Shown here one piece after another: positions 1 through 13,066 of a DNA stretch of 64,000 bases. Within the stretch, counting starts at the first letter, position 1; each line of letters begins with the position of its first letter. The position numbers were made by a program, and so were the translations under genes. The stretch is taken from positions 4,526,001 through 4,590,000 of the forward strand of contig OZ024762.1 in the NCBI GenBank assembly GCA_964016885.1. The letters are read 5' to 3'. A model generated the notes under the pieces. It searched no databases and was not told the DNA's origin. It was given only the letters and a program-made list of their open reading frames with translations. Source of the DNA: Eledone cirrhosa (taxonomy: Eukaryota).

Positions 1-211
1 TCTCGCATTCATCGGTGGCGATGCCATTGACAATCTACCAATTCATATTATGATATTATGAAATTAAATCAAATTATTTAGAACAACAAGTGAAGTCATT
101 CTTTTCCTTTTTTTCAAATATACCTAACTGTACCAAGGACCTCACACATTTTCCTATATATATATATATAATATAATATAACATAATATAATATAATATA
201 TATATATATAT

Positions 212-415
212 AACAAAGGAATTGTGGTAAGGAACCAGATGGACCATAACGCACCAGAGTACTCAATACTTAGGGTAGTAGAGTGAGAAATAGGAAAAAG
301 TATGACCCCGACGGCAGAGCTCAAGCCGTTTCGACGGCTATTTCTGTCTAGAAATAGCCGTCCAGAAATAGCCGTCGAAACGGCTTGAGCTCTGCCGTCG
401 GGGTCATACTTTTCC

Positions 416-416
<1 letters not shown>
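212..416. mobile_element. ~140-bp (TA)n-embedded element, family A, with fold-back inverted copy
   Basis: aacaaaggaattgtggtaaggaacc...gacggctatttctg followed by the reverse complement of its last ~60 bp. Flanked by (TA)n. Same sequence at 2357, 32631, 43086, 45309, 53140, 61751 and 61999. Confidence 0.85.
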
Positions 417-447
<31 letters not shown>

Positions 448-840
448 CATGTATGAACATATGTATGTATGTACATGTGTGTGTTGTCTATATATTGCTT
501 CAGAGTGTTACAAAAACGGTATATAATAGACAGATATAAACACCTTGTCTTTATATACAATATCTTCAATGACATAGGAGTAGAGCGAGAGACAAGCATC
601 AAAGTCCTGTTCACATCATCAAGCCACATCTCTCCTTAACTGTCAACGGAGCTATTGATTTTAAACACACTTTTACTAAGGATTGAAGTAAACTTGATAA
701 AACAGTTCACATAGATATATCATCTTGTTAGCTCACTTGATAAATTACTTAATGATTGGGAAAGTGGCAAAATTGTGTTTATATGTCATACTGAATACTG
801 TATAATAGTCAAACGGAAGATTGTTCCGGTCCAATCATTT

Positions 841-920
<80 letters not shown>

Positions 921-1135
921 ATATACATTATATATATATATATATATATATATAAGAGAGAGAGAGAGAGACAGACAGAGAGTGGGAGAGGAGAGAGAAC
1001 GTAGCTAAATATACAGATAGATAGATAAACAAACAAATAAAATTTACTTTAAAAGAATCTTTTTAACAACTTCAGCAACAATAAATGCTCTAACAACAAT
1101 AACTATAATTTCTGAACATCCACTGTATATTCCTG

Positions 1136-1968
1136 CCACCTCACTCTCCTCAGCCTCCTACACCTTCTATAACAACCATTCTATACTCCTACCTTCCATC
1201 TTATTCATTCATCTACCACCTCACTCTTCTCAGCCTCCTACACCTTCTATAACAACCATTCTATACTCCTACCTTCCATCTTATTCATTCATCTACCACC
1301 TCACTCTTCTCAGCCTCCTACACCTTCTATAACAACCATTCTATACTCCTACCTTCCATCTTATTCATTCATCTACCACCTCACTCTTCTCAGCCTCCTA
1401 CACCTTCTATAACAACCATTCTATACTCCTACCTTCCATCTTATTCATTCATCTACCACCTCACTCTTCTCAGCCTCCTAGACCTTCTATAACAACCATT
1501 CTATACTCCTACCTTCCATCTTATTCATTCATCTACCACCTCACTCTTCTCAGCCTCCTACACCTTCTATAACAACCATTCTATACTCCTACCTTCCATC
1601 TTATTCATTCATCTACCACCTCACTCTTCTCAGCCTCCTACACCTTCTATAACAACCATTCTATACTCCTACCTTCCATCTTATTCATTCATCTACCACC
1701 TCACTCTTCTCAGCCTCCTACACCTTCTATAACAACCATTCTATACTCCTACCTTCCATCTTATTCATTCATCTACCACCTCACTCTCCTCAGCCTCCTA
1801 CACCTTCTATAACAACCATTCTATACTCCTACCTTCCATCTTATTCATTCATCTACCACCTCACTCTTCTCAGCCTCCTACACCTTCTATAACAACCATT
1901 CTATACTCCTACCTTCCATCTTATTCATTCATCTACCACCTCACTCTCCTCAGCCCCCTACACCTTCA
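1136..1968. repeat. 80-bp minisatellite, ~10 copies
   Basis: Unit tcactcttctcagcctcctacaccttctataacaaccattctatactcctaccttccatcttattcattcatctaccacc, near-identical copies. Confidence 0.95.
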
Positions 1969-2256
1969 ATTCTTCCATCGTTTAATTACTTACAGTCCAA
2001 GTAATATCAACACTTTCTCAAATTTATTAATTCGCTGACGACGAAGATGCTCGGAAACGTTAGAAAATCCTCATCACACACAACAGTTCATCTTACCGGA
2101 CTCATATAAACTACCCTATGGTATTGTGTCGACCCGTAACTCCTCGGGGTGTCGTTAGGGGCGTCATATTGATATATGGCTTTTCTAGAGCATATTGAAA
2201 CATCGAGAACATTATAAGATATAGTAATATAATATAACTATATATATATATATAGT

Positions 2257-2287
<31 letters not shown>

Positions 2288-2356
2288 GTAATAATAATAA
2301 ATTTTAAGACTAAAATCCAAAGAGGGCTCAATAAGGATAAATATATATATATAAAT

Positions 2357-2414
2357 AGGAAAATGTATGACCCCGATGGCAGAGCTCAAGCCGTTTCGAC
2401 GGCTATTTCTGGAG
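2357..2414. mobile_element. family A element, short copy
   Basis: aggaaaatgtatgaccccgatggcagagctcaagccgtttcgacggctatttctgga next to (TA)n. Confidence 0.75.
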
Positions 2415-3520
2415 TCGATGAAAGAAATTGGTCACTATAGGTTTTAATTCCTAGGCAACGCCGAGTATGCGTTATATATAATATAATATAATTGTTTCTA
2501 CCTTTGGCACAGGGCCAGCAATTATCCCAGTGTATTACTGGTACTTTATTTTATCGACCCCGTAAGGATGAAAGGCAAAGTTAACCTCGGCGGGATTTGA
2601 ATATAATATAATGTAATGTAATATTTGATATATGAAAATATATTTAAATATAATTTCAGTATAAATACGTATCAAAATATTTTAAATTTATAAATTTCAA
2701 ACGCATGTTTTGTTATGCACGTGTGCACAGGTGTGTGTGTGAACGGAATGGTACGAAGGTGGAATGTAATTAGTAGTTAGGAATGTTGGAATGTGTAAAT
2801 ATTCTGAGATAGCTATCGATTACATTATATTCCCCTCTATTATGTTTTCAACTTTAATAGCGTAATGATATTCGTCGAAGTTCTTCGTCACACATCCTGT
2901 GACATCTTCAATGACTATTTGTCTTCCTCATCAACAGAACATTCATTCTGGAATCGAACCCATGACCTTATGATTGCGATTCCAATCCCCTAACCATAAA
3001 GCTATTGTCTGTAATATTATCAATAATCTCAAACCCTCACAATCTGCTATAATTTGGGTTTGGAAAGCAGAGTTATTGTTTTACGTACATTTCTTTTCTC
3101 GATTGCTCCAGATGGACGAATGTCGCAGCTTATTCCAGCTTTCATGAGCATTGGGCGATTGGGGATACAAGATTCCTCCCTGGGTGGGGACGTGAGTCCA
3201 GCGGGTGATGCGTTCTGATGTTCAGCACTATACTTTATTTCACATTGCTCCTTCTGCTAGGAATTCTAACAGACAGTAAGTATCAGCAATAAAAAGATCA
3301 ATGCAGAAATTGTTTCCTTCGTTCGATCTGATGATCGACATTTTTCATTGATCAGTATCAGTCGTCGTCTAAATCGATGGCTTCTTCGTCGAAAAAATAG
3401 CAAACATTGATTATATGCTCCTTGATTATCATAACATGGCGATTTCATTTGTTTATGTTTTTATTTTGTTTCAGTTACACGTTGGTTGTTGGTGTCACTT
3501 TGTAGCTAGCTTCAGCTATA

Positions 3521-3815
3521 GGCAGAGACTTGGCAGAGTTGTTAGAACGTCGGGTAGAATACTTTATTGTATTTGTTACGACTGAGTTCAAATCTGAGTT
3601 CAAATCCTGCCGAGGTTAACTTTGTCCTTCATCCATTAGAGGTCGATCATAAAAGTACTAGTCTAGTATTGGGGTCGATTCTTCCTCTATATCTCTTTCT
3701 CACTTTCTTTCCCTGAAAAGGACATAGGCTCCGCCAGGTTTTAAAATGCCCTAGAAAGGCTGTATGTAGTACGGCGCACGTACGACTCTCGGGAGTTACA
3801 GGACAAAAAGCAAAA
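3521..3815 (+). mobile_element. family 1 SINE, long-tail variant
   Basis: tggcagagttgttagaacgtcgg...gagttcaaatcctgccgaggttaactttg. Tail shared with 11060-11240 and with the reverse copy at 6340-6670. Confidence 0.7.
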
Positions 3816-4629
3816 GGAGTTTTAATTAAATTTACAACATAACATTGAAAAACCCTGTGTTAGGAAGTTTGGAGTCACATATTCTAACCCCTGCCTCATT
3901 TTTCGTCTTTATATTAACAAAATTAACATTTGTTAGTCTCTCCGTAGGTTATTATCTCCCCTAACATATTTTCTATCCAGTGGTTCATTATACACAGGAA
4001 ATCTTTCCACACAGGGTTTATCTCCCCCAATACTGTATTTCATCCTACAGCCTGTTTCATCAATAGTGAATAAGGGAGGTAATAAACCTCCCCATTAAGC
4101 TCTCTATTCAGTGTTTCGTCATTCTCAGATATTACCTCCCCTAACATACTCTCTATTCAGTGTTTCGTCATTTTCAGTTATTACCTCCCCTAACACACTC
4201 TCTATTCAGTGTTTCATCATTCTCAGTTATTACCTCCCCTAGCACACATTTTATTCAATATTTTATAGTGTTATTACCAACCCCTGTTTTACCATAGATA
4301 TTATTCCCATGTCATTGTGTTCTGTTAATATCACTTCGGGTATCGAGCCAGCTTCACCTCCATTGCTAACGAGGCTCTGCGTATAAAGAAATATGTTGAT
4401 AATCAATAATTATATACATTCATGCATACATGAGCGACCTGACATAACATACATACATACATACACACACATACACACATACACGCACATAAAACACATA
4501 TATCACATAACTGTTCATCAAATATTAAGCGACCATCAGATATGGCATAAAGAATGAAATATGTCACCCCTGTGTTTTGCCCTACAACATAACGAAATGT
4601 ATTCCGGAGATGATCTTCTCTGTCGAAAT

Positions 4630-4980
4630 TGTGTTTAGACATATTTTTGAGCTACAAGATATCAACACGTATTTCGGAGTGGTGCTTGTCTGTTAAAGTG
4701 AATTGACGTTAGAATGCAGTGACCAGGTCACTGAAAGTGTGACGAAAATTTAGGCACCATGAGATAAATGATAAATATGAAGTAAAGTTAACAGATATTG
4801 TTTGTGTTTAGATATATTTTTGTGCTACAAGATAATAACATATATTTCGGAATTGTGCTTGCCTGTCAAGTAAGTTGATCTTAGAGCGCTGTGACCAGAT
4901 CACTGAGAGTGTGCCGGAAATCTAGACACCATGAAATAAATGATAAATATGAAGTGATATTAACAGATATTGTTTGTGCT
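4630..4980. repeat. 173-bp tandem duplication
   Basis: tgtgtttagacatatttttgagctacaagat... at 4630 and again at 4803. Confidence 0.85.
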
Positions 4981-5231
4981 TGACATTTTATCTGTTCGCA
5001 GAAGCAATCACAAGGACGTAACAATGCCAACGAGGGGTATAAAAGCAGAGACTAAGCATCACAGTCAGCTGTTATGAAGCCAATAAGAACACAGTGCCGC
5101 TAAATTGTGGAGTGATGTTGTTTGTAGAACGGTTTTTTTTTTACGGTGGCGGGGGGGGGGGGGGCATGTTGTCTATTGGAGGCAATATGAAATAAAATAA
5201 AATTAAATTAAAATTAAAATATAGAAAAGGG

Positions 5232-5274
<43 letters not shown>

Positions 5275-6757
5275 GAGAAAGAGAGAAAGGTTGGAATGAA
5301 ATGAAGAATAAATAAAATAAGGAGAAAATAAAGGGAGAAAGGAAGAAAAAAGAAGAGAAAACAAAAAAGGAAGACCGAACGTAAACAAAAAGGTATATAG
5401 GAAATAAAATAGATAAAAGTGTATATATATATATATACATATATATACATATATATACACATTGGAATTGTGAAGAAATAATAATAATAATAATAATAAT
5501 AATGATAATATTAGTAATGCTAATAATAATAATAGTAATAATAAAATTATTAATAATAATAATAATAATAATAATTATAATAATAATTATAATAATAGTA
5601 ATAATAAACAATCATCTCATTCATATGGGATTGACAACATGTTGGCGTAGTGACGTAGGGATTGGTTGTAAAGTGGGCTGCGGTGTAGAGGATTTTTACA
5701 TCCTGTTCCAGCTTTATAGAATGCTCGTCAGCGACTTTGAGTGCCGTTCCGTCTTTATCTCTCTACATGAAACATTTACAAGTCGGTATATTCCTATCTC
5801 CACATGCATGCTCAGACGAACAACTCGGGTGTATATATATATATATATATATATACATACAAATATATACATATATACATACAAATATATATATATATAT
5901 AATATATAACATGAAATGAAAAAAAAATAATCAATATATCCCGGATACCACCAAATTCATCACCCGACTCATCAGATGGAGTTAAATATTTCTGACCCTG
6001 AAGCTGCACTTATAATTAACCTCGTCTTATATTCGTACATACATTCTTCGTTCACAACTAAAGCACTACGGCTATCAGACGCAAACGAGTAGGACTTGGT
6101 AGCATGCAGAATGCTTTCCCTAAGAGTTTTAGGTGTCTATGCAGTCATGAGCAAACGCAGATACTCGTTAATCTCCTCTTGATCCACTGTAATATCCAGC
6201 CGCCATGTGACAGCTGGGAGAAGAGGGAGAAAGGATCACACCGGGCTGTTTGTTTTGTATTAATCGGCCCCGAAACCATAAACGGCAAAATAGCCCTTAG
6301 AGAGATGTGAATTTAGTGCGCTGGTTTGTGATATGATGGTCCTGTAACACCTGATGAAGTCGTAGGGACGCCGTAATAACATACAACGTTTCTTGGGCAT
6401 TTTAAACCTGATGGAGCCCATCCCCTCTCTCCAGGTCCGAACACAGCAGACTTCTTTCAGAGAAAGATTGAGAGTGAGAGATAGAAAGTGAGAAAGAGAT
6501 GTCGAGGAAGAATCGACACCAGTATTGAACTGGTATTTTTTGTTTTTTTATCAACCTCAAACGAATGAAATGCAATTCTGACCTTGGCGGTATTTCAACT
6601 CAGAGAGTGGACAGCCGGAAAGAATACGACAAAGCATTCTATCCAATGTTCTAACGACTCTGCCAGTACGATATGTGTATATATCATGTATTTATACATC
6701 TAAAATATATTTTTTAAATACACATAATACATTTTTATGAAGTTTGCACTGCTTTAA

Positions 6758-6978
6758 CCCTTTATCATTCACATTACTCTATATATACTATTGTATATTT
6801 GTAGTAAACACTTTATCTTATATAATCATCTCACATAATATCGAATCTATGAGATTTTGATGTTATTTATTTTGAGTACAATACCTCAACATCAGTATTA
6901 ATGGCCAGTTACAGCCAGTTTGAAGAGAAAAGGGTGAGACATTTCTGGCCGGATACGACCGGTTTAAATGCTAAAGGG
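6758..6978. mobile_element. piggyBac-type non-autonomous element
   Basis: TTAA (6754-6757) CCCTTTA ... TAAAGGG TTAA (6979-6982): TTAA TSD and CCC/GGG termini. Confidence 0.7.
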
Positions 6979-7782
6979 TTAATGTTTTTTCTCAGCCCTT
7001 ACCAAGTAAATATGTCAGCAGGGAAACACCGTAGATTGACCAACATTTATACAAAGGGCCGTGTAGGACCTTATTTTCGTAAACCTCTCTCATCATTCTC
7101 AGCACTGTACCCCTAACATCGGCATCATCATCATCATCATCATCATCAGAATCATCGTTATCGTCTAAATTATCATCATCATCATCATGATTGTAATGTC
7201 CAATGGTATCATTCAAACCATACTCATTATCATCCCCCTCGTCACAATCATCATCACCACCATCATCACCATCATCATGACCACAGCCATCATCATCATC
7301 ATCATCGTCACAAAAACCATTAACACCACAATCATCATCATCATCATCATAATCACAATCATCGTCATCATTATTACCACCACAATCATCATCATCATCA
7401 CAATCATCATCATCATCATTATCGTGATCACAGTCATCGCAACCATCATCATCACTATCATTACCCTAATCAGTACCAACACCACCACCACCACCATTAT
7501 CATCATCATCATCACCATCATAATCATGGCGGACAGTGACTTGTTTGTAGTAATCGGACAAACTCTCGTTGGATGAAGTTATCGTTTACATCGAGACACG
7601 TGACAGACATGATTACATCTGCCATACAATTTAACACCTACAAACATACTACTGTCGTATATACATATATATACATATATACATATATATACATACATAT
7701 ATATACATATACACATATATACATATATATATATACATATACACATATATACATATACACATATATACATATATATATATAT

Positions 7783-7827
<45 letters not shown>

Positions 7828-7842
7828 CATATATATATATAC

Positions 7843-7877
<35 letters not shown>

Positions 7878-8034
7878 CACATATATATAGATATATATAC
7901 ATATATATATATACATATATATATATACATATATATACATACATATATACATATATATACATATACATACATATATTCATATATATATATACATATATAC
8001 ATATATATACATATATACATATACATATATATAC

Positions 8035-8069
<35 letters not shown>

Positions 8070-8129
8070 CATATATTCATATATATATATACATATATTC
8101 ATATATATACATATATATATATATACAAA

Positions 8130-8240
8130 CAGAGTGTCCCAAAAATGTTTACATAATTTAAATAATCCTCCATATAAAACTACTTATTTTAATGCATTTT
8201 TTTTGCTGTTGAAGTATGTATACATTTTTGGGACATCCTG
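8130..8240. mobile_element. Tc1/mariner-type MITE
   Basis: TIRs cagagtgtcccaaaaatgt / acatttttgggacatcctg inside (TA)n. Related copies at 46646-46722 and 62980-63040. Confidence 0.7.
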
Positions 8241-8246
8241 TATATA

Positions 8247-8322
<76 letters not shown>

Positions 8323-8323
8323 C

Positions 8324-8356
<33 letters not shown>

Positions 8357-8364
8357 CATACATA

Positions 8365-8480
<116 letters not shown>

Positions 8481-8509
8481 CATATATATATACATACATA
8501 CATATATAT

Positions 8510-8551
<42 letters not shown>

Positions 8552-8595
8552 ATATATGTATATATAGAAATCCATACTTATACAGACACTCAAAT

Positions 8596-8677
<82 letters not shown>

Positions 8678-9432
8678 TACACGCGATATTTAATACATAA
8701 AATGTTAAATTCTGTCTAAACTAATCAATAATGCAATAGAGTTGTACATTGGTTACTTTGTTTTTGTTTTCTGAATTCCTTCCTCTTTCATTCCACCCAG
8801 TTTGGTTTAGTTTAGAGGAGGGGTTTTATTGAGGGTAGGGTAGGGGGTTATGGCAAATGAGAGTTAGTGAAGGTATAGATAAGAAGATATAGAGAAGATG
8901 AGAGAAAGAAACAGAGAGAGAGAAATAGAGAAAAGAGAGAAAGAAAGAATTATAGAGAGAACGAAGGAAAAAGAAAAAGAAAAAGAAAAAGAAAAAGAAA
9001 AAGAAAAGAAAAAAAGAAAAGAAAGACAGGAATAAAGTTAACAAGAAAACAGAACGAGAAAAAAAAACAGTGGAGAAAAAAAAAAAATAAAGTAAAGACG
9101 AAGAAAGAAAAAAAGAGAGAACGAAAGAAAAAAAGAAAGAAAGAAAGAGAAAGTAGGAAGAAAGAGAGAGAAGAAAGAAAGGGAGGTAAAGATAAAAAGT
9201 GATGACACACGTTAAAAGGAAAGAAAAAGTCCACACACTGCCACAGAAATACACACTGTTGTGTTATGTTAATGTTTCCTGTATATTGATGGAGGATAGA
9301 CATGCTGTTGACTAATGGCTGTGTTATTGTGGCCATGTGTACCTCTGTGTGAGAGGGGGCGTGCGTATGTGTGTGTATGTGTGTGTGAGGGGTATGTTTG
9401 TAGCGTAATAACAAACAAGTGGTGACAAATAC

Positions 9433-9483
9433 CAATAGGTAGGAGATAAAATTTCTTCATGTAAATATATTTTACTGTTGAAG
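9433..9483 (-). CDS. candidate 51-nt symmetric cassette exon of the Zasp/PDLIM gene
   Basis: gtttggtttccag acceptor and TG|gtattt donor. Phase 2 to 2 and open in the required frame (FNSKIYLHEEILSPTY). No homology evidence. Confidence 0.45.
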
Positions 9484-9580
9484 CTGGAAACCAAACGGTA
9501 ACCAATTACGTAATTTCTTTAATATGCTATATATATATGTGTGTGTGTGCTTGTGGATGGGTGTGTTTGTATATATATAT

Positions 9581-9641
<61 letters not shown>

Positions 9642-9773
9642 AATATACATAATATATATGTGTATATATATGGGTGTGTTTATATATGTATATATTTATA
9701 TACGTTTATATATGTATATATATATGTATGTATATGTATGTATCTATATTTATATATATTGTATATATGTATG

Positions 9774-9804
<31 letters not shown>

Positions 9805-10100
9805 ATTTATGTGTATCTGGTTATGAGCTACATGTAATTAGTTAGACCATATTAAACAACAACAACAACAACACCAACCAGTGCTAAATACAATAGAGTG
9901 CATGATACAATAGAACAGAGTTAATAGAGAAATATAAAAGTTCAATGACTACTCTAGATTTCTAGTATATTTTCTTCCATCAATCAACCAATGACATGCC
10001 ATGCTTTGAAACTAATCACCGCAGCTCTTTACTACTATCTAATAGCAAATACCATACCAATTCACGCCACGCCACGCCAGTTTTTTGGGGAGGGACTTAC

Positions 10101-10578
10101 GCAGTGTTTCCTCCCCCTAGGGCTGCTTGAGTTTGGCCCTGTAGGGTCTCCTGGACGTTCTCACGCGAGTACATATCTAGCGGTGAGTTGTACTGTAGAT
10201 GCATGATGCGTGGGCCGTCGTCTGGGTCGTTCGAGAAATCTAGTGATTGCGTTTTCGTCGGAGCAAAATCTTGTGCGGGTTTGGGGGCGGGAGCTTTCTT
10301 GCCTGATCTTTTTTTAGATGGAGACACTGACCTTGTTGGGGAGACGTGCTGACTCGGCTGGACGCCGCCGTCCCACATTTTGGCGCCACTTGCACTCGAT
10401 AGTGTGCCGGCCCATGCTGGAGTTTCATCCCGGACAACTTGACCCTCGGCAGGTCTCGCGTATACTGGTGGTGGTGGTGCTACTGGATAACTCGTAGGTG
10501 GGGCAACGGGGCGTGGGGGTGGAGGTGGAGCGTTGAAGGATGGCGGTCTCCCTCTAGTCCTGATTGGCTTTCTGTCGT
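10101..10578 (-). CDS. Zasp: Zasp/PDLIM-family gene, 478-nt exon with ZM (Zasp-like) motif
   Basis: ctttttttccag acceptor and GC|gtaagt donor, phase 1 to 2, matching the upstream exon. Proline-rich segment followed by IMHLQYNSPLDMYSRENVQETLQGQ, the ZM motif consensus (H.QYNSP..LYS.EN). Confidence 0.93.
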
Positions 10579-10712
10579 CTGGAAAAAAAGAAAGAGATAT
10601 TTTAGAGTGGAAATTTTACGACGGGGTTTGTTCTTTCATTTTGTATACAATGTGTAGTTGTTATGACTTATACACCATACAGGGGTCTTATGTGGTAGTA
10701 ATATATAAACAT

Positions 10713-11240
10713 GGCGGTGGATTGGCAGTATCGGTAGAGGGTCGGACGCCATGCTTTCCAGCATAGTTACTTCCCTTTACGATCTGAGTTCAAATCCCGC
10801 CGAGGTTGACTTTGCCTTTCATCCTTACGGGGTCGATAAAATAAAGTACCAGTAATGCACTGGGGAATTTCTGGCCTTGTGCCTAAAGTAGAAATAAATA
10901 TATAAACATGGCGAATTGGTAGAGTCGTTAGAACGTCGGATAGAATACCTTGTGGTATTCGATCTCTCTGAATTCAAATTCCGCCGAGGTCGACTTTGCC
11001 TTTCCTCATTTAGAGATTGATAAAACAAAAAGTACCAGTCTAGTACTGGGGTCGATTTTTTCCTCTATATCTCTTTTTCACTTCCTTTCTCTCACTATCG
11101 ATGCTTCTCTGGAAAAAGAAATCTGTTGTGTTCAGACCAGGAGAGAAGATGGGCTTCACAAAGTTTGAAATGCCCAAGAATCTCTGTATATAACTATGGC
11201 GCCCCCATGACCCCAGGTTAAAGAGAAACAGAAGAATATA
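10713..11240 (+). mobile_element. two tandem tRNA-derived SINEs (family 1)
   Basis: A-box TGGCAGTATCGG, B-box GAGTTCAAATCCC, core gccgaggttgactttgcctttcatccttacggggtcgataaaataaagtaccagt. ATATATAAACAT is duplicated at 10701 and 10898 as a TSD. Confidence 0.85.
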
Positions 11241-11429
11241 TAAATATATTATATGCTGTCACTGAGATGGGCCCTTGAAGAAGAAGAAGAACTTTAGTTG
11301 AAGAAAGAACAGGATATAAACACACAGAATGACAGACAGATGGAGATTCTCTGGAGAACCTTCTCCAAACATCAACGTTGCCGATTTCTTCCAAGAAGAA
11401 AAAATTATGAAGAGAGATAAAATATCGAC

Positions 11430-11660
11430 ACCTATCCCCTTTCGACTGGTAAAGGTTGGCATGTAAACCGAATTAATGATATCGTGTTTGGCTTTTACAT
11501 CTAACCCCCCCCCCCCCCCTCCCCCCGCCCTTCTGATTACAGAACGCTGAAGCTGGCACATAACTACAACAGTTCCTGCAATACTTGCCTTCAATTCAAC
11601 CTCCTGCCCTCCATCACTCGAGATCACGACCCCCAGATACTGGACTTCTCCACTTGCTTC
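11430..11660 (-). mobile_element. RTE-clade LINE reverse-transcriptase C-terminal fragment
   Basis: Translation EVQYLGVVISSDGGQEVELKASIA...MCQLQRSVI...KAKHDIINSVYMPTFT matches the RTE/Expander pattern FKYLGV...SDG....EI..RI....LSxKAKL.IY.S.YVPTLTYG. Confidence 0.75.
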
Positions 11661-11664
11661 AGTG

Positions 11665-12208
11665 TAACTCCACTCACATGTAGAGTGCACTGTGCAGGCT
11701 TCCTTGAGAGGACGAGTGACCCAATCTTTAACTCCACTCACATGTAGAGTGCACTGTGCAGGCTTCCTTGAGAGGACGAGTGACCCAATCTTTAACTCCA
11801 CTCACATGTAGAGTGCACTGTGCAGGCTTCCTTGAGAGGACGAATGACTCAATCTTTAACTCCACTCACATGTAGAGTGCACTGTGCAGGCTTCCTTGAG
11901 AGGACGAGTGACCCAATCTTTAACTCCACTCACATGTAGAGTGCACTGTGCAGGCTTCCTTGAGAGGACGAGTGACTCAATCTTTAACTCTACTCACATG
12001 TAGAGTGCACTGTGCAGGCTTCCTTGAGAGGACGAATGACTCAATCTTTAACTCCACTCACATGTAGAGTGCACTGTGCAGGCTTCCTTGAGAGGACGAG
12101 TGACTCAATCTTTAACTCCACTCACATGTAGAGTGCACAGGGCAGCCTTCCTTGAGAGGACGAGTGACTCAATCTTTAACTCCACTCACATTTAGAGTGA
12201 CTCAATCT
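11665..12208. repeat. 64-bp minisatellite, ~8 copies
   Basis: Unit taactccactcacatgtagagtgcactgtgcaggcttccttgagaggacgagtgacccaatctt, period 64 (11665, 11729, 11793...). Confidence 0.95.
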
Positions 12209-12486
12209 TTGCAACACTTATTTGATATTAAATTTTTTTTTTTTTTCTTTTGTTTTCCTTATAAATTCTTTCACAGTAAAAGTAAATTTATTTACATATT
12301 TTGAATATACAATAATTGGTAATTAGCATATATTCAATATATACTAAGTATTAATTAGCATATATTCAATATATGCAAATTATTAATTAGAATTCATTTT
12401 TTAAACCGACTGTATCCATGCATTGAATATTTTCCGTTTATACAGAAATTCGTGTAAAATAGAGTAACTGATTTATAGCTGGTTCA

Positions 12487-13060
12487 TACTACTACCACAA
12501 CTACTACTACTACTACTACTACTACTACCACAACTACTACTACTACTACCACAACAACTACTACTACTACTACTACCACAACAACTACTACTACTACCAC
12601 AACAACTACTACTACTACCACAACTACTTCTACTACTACTACTACTACTACTACAACTACTACCACAACTACTACTACTACTACCACAACTACTACTACT
12701 ACTACTATTACTACCACCACTACTACTACTACTACTACCAAAACTACTACTACTACTACCACTGCTACTACTTTTACTACCACCACTACCAAAACAACTA
12801 CTACTAATAATAATACCACCACTACCAGTACTACTACCTCAACTACTACTAATACTACTACTACCACTACTACTACCACAACTACTTCTACTACTACTAC
12901 CACTACCACTACTACTACCACCACTACCACAACAACTAATAATAATAATAATAATACTACCACTACTACTACTACCACGATAAAAACAACCACAACAGTA
13001 ACTACAACAACAACAACAACAAAAACAACAGTAACTACAGCAACAATAACAACAACAACA
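12487..13060. repeat. (CTA/CAA/CCA)n trinucleotide repeat
   Basis: Direct reading. Similar trinucleotide tracts at 7120-7525, 27280-27590, 40500-40900, 44400-45060 and 60148-60740. Confidence 0.95.
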
Positions 13061-13066
13061 ACTTAC

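Noticed and set aside
3261-3480. Plus-strand gtaagt...ttttgtttcag intron-like signals
   Set aside because: No coding frame or other supporting exons; cannot be distinguished from chance.
7003-7113. Possible minus-strand exon GTVLRMMREV...LLG with gtaagg donor
   Set aside because: The acceptor has no polypyrimidine tract (it follows a GAT repeat) and I recognise no homology.
10713-10800. tRNA genes
   Set aside because: A/B boxes belong to SINE heads. There is no cloverleaf and they continue into SINE core sequence.
11665-12208. Regular repeats as a possible CRISPR array
   Set aside because: Units are contiguous with no unique spacers, there are no cas genes, and the context is eukaryotic.
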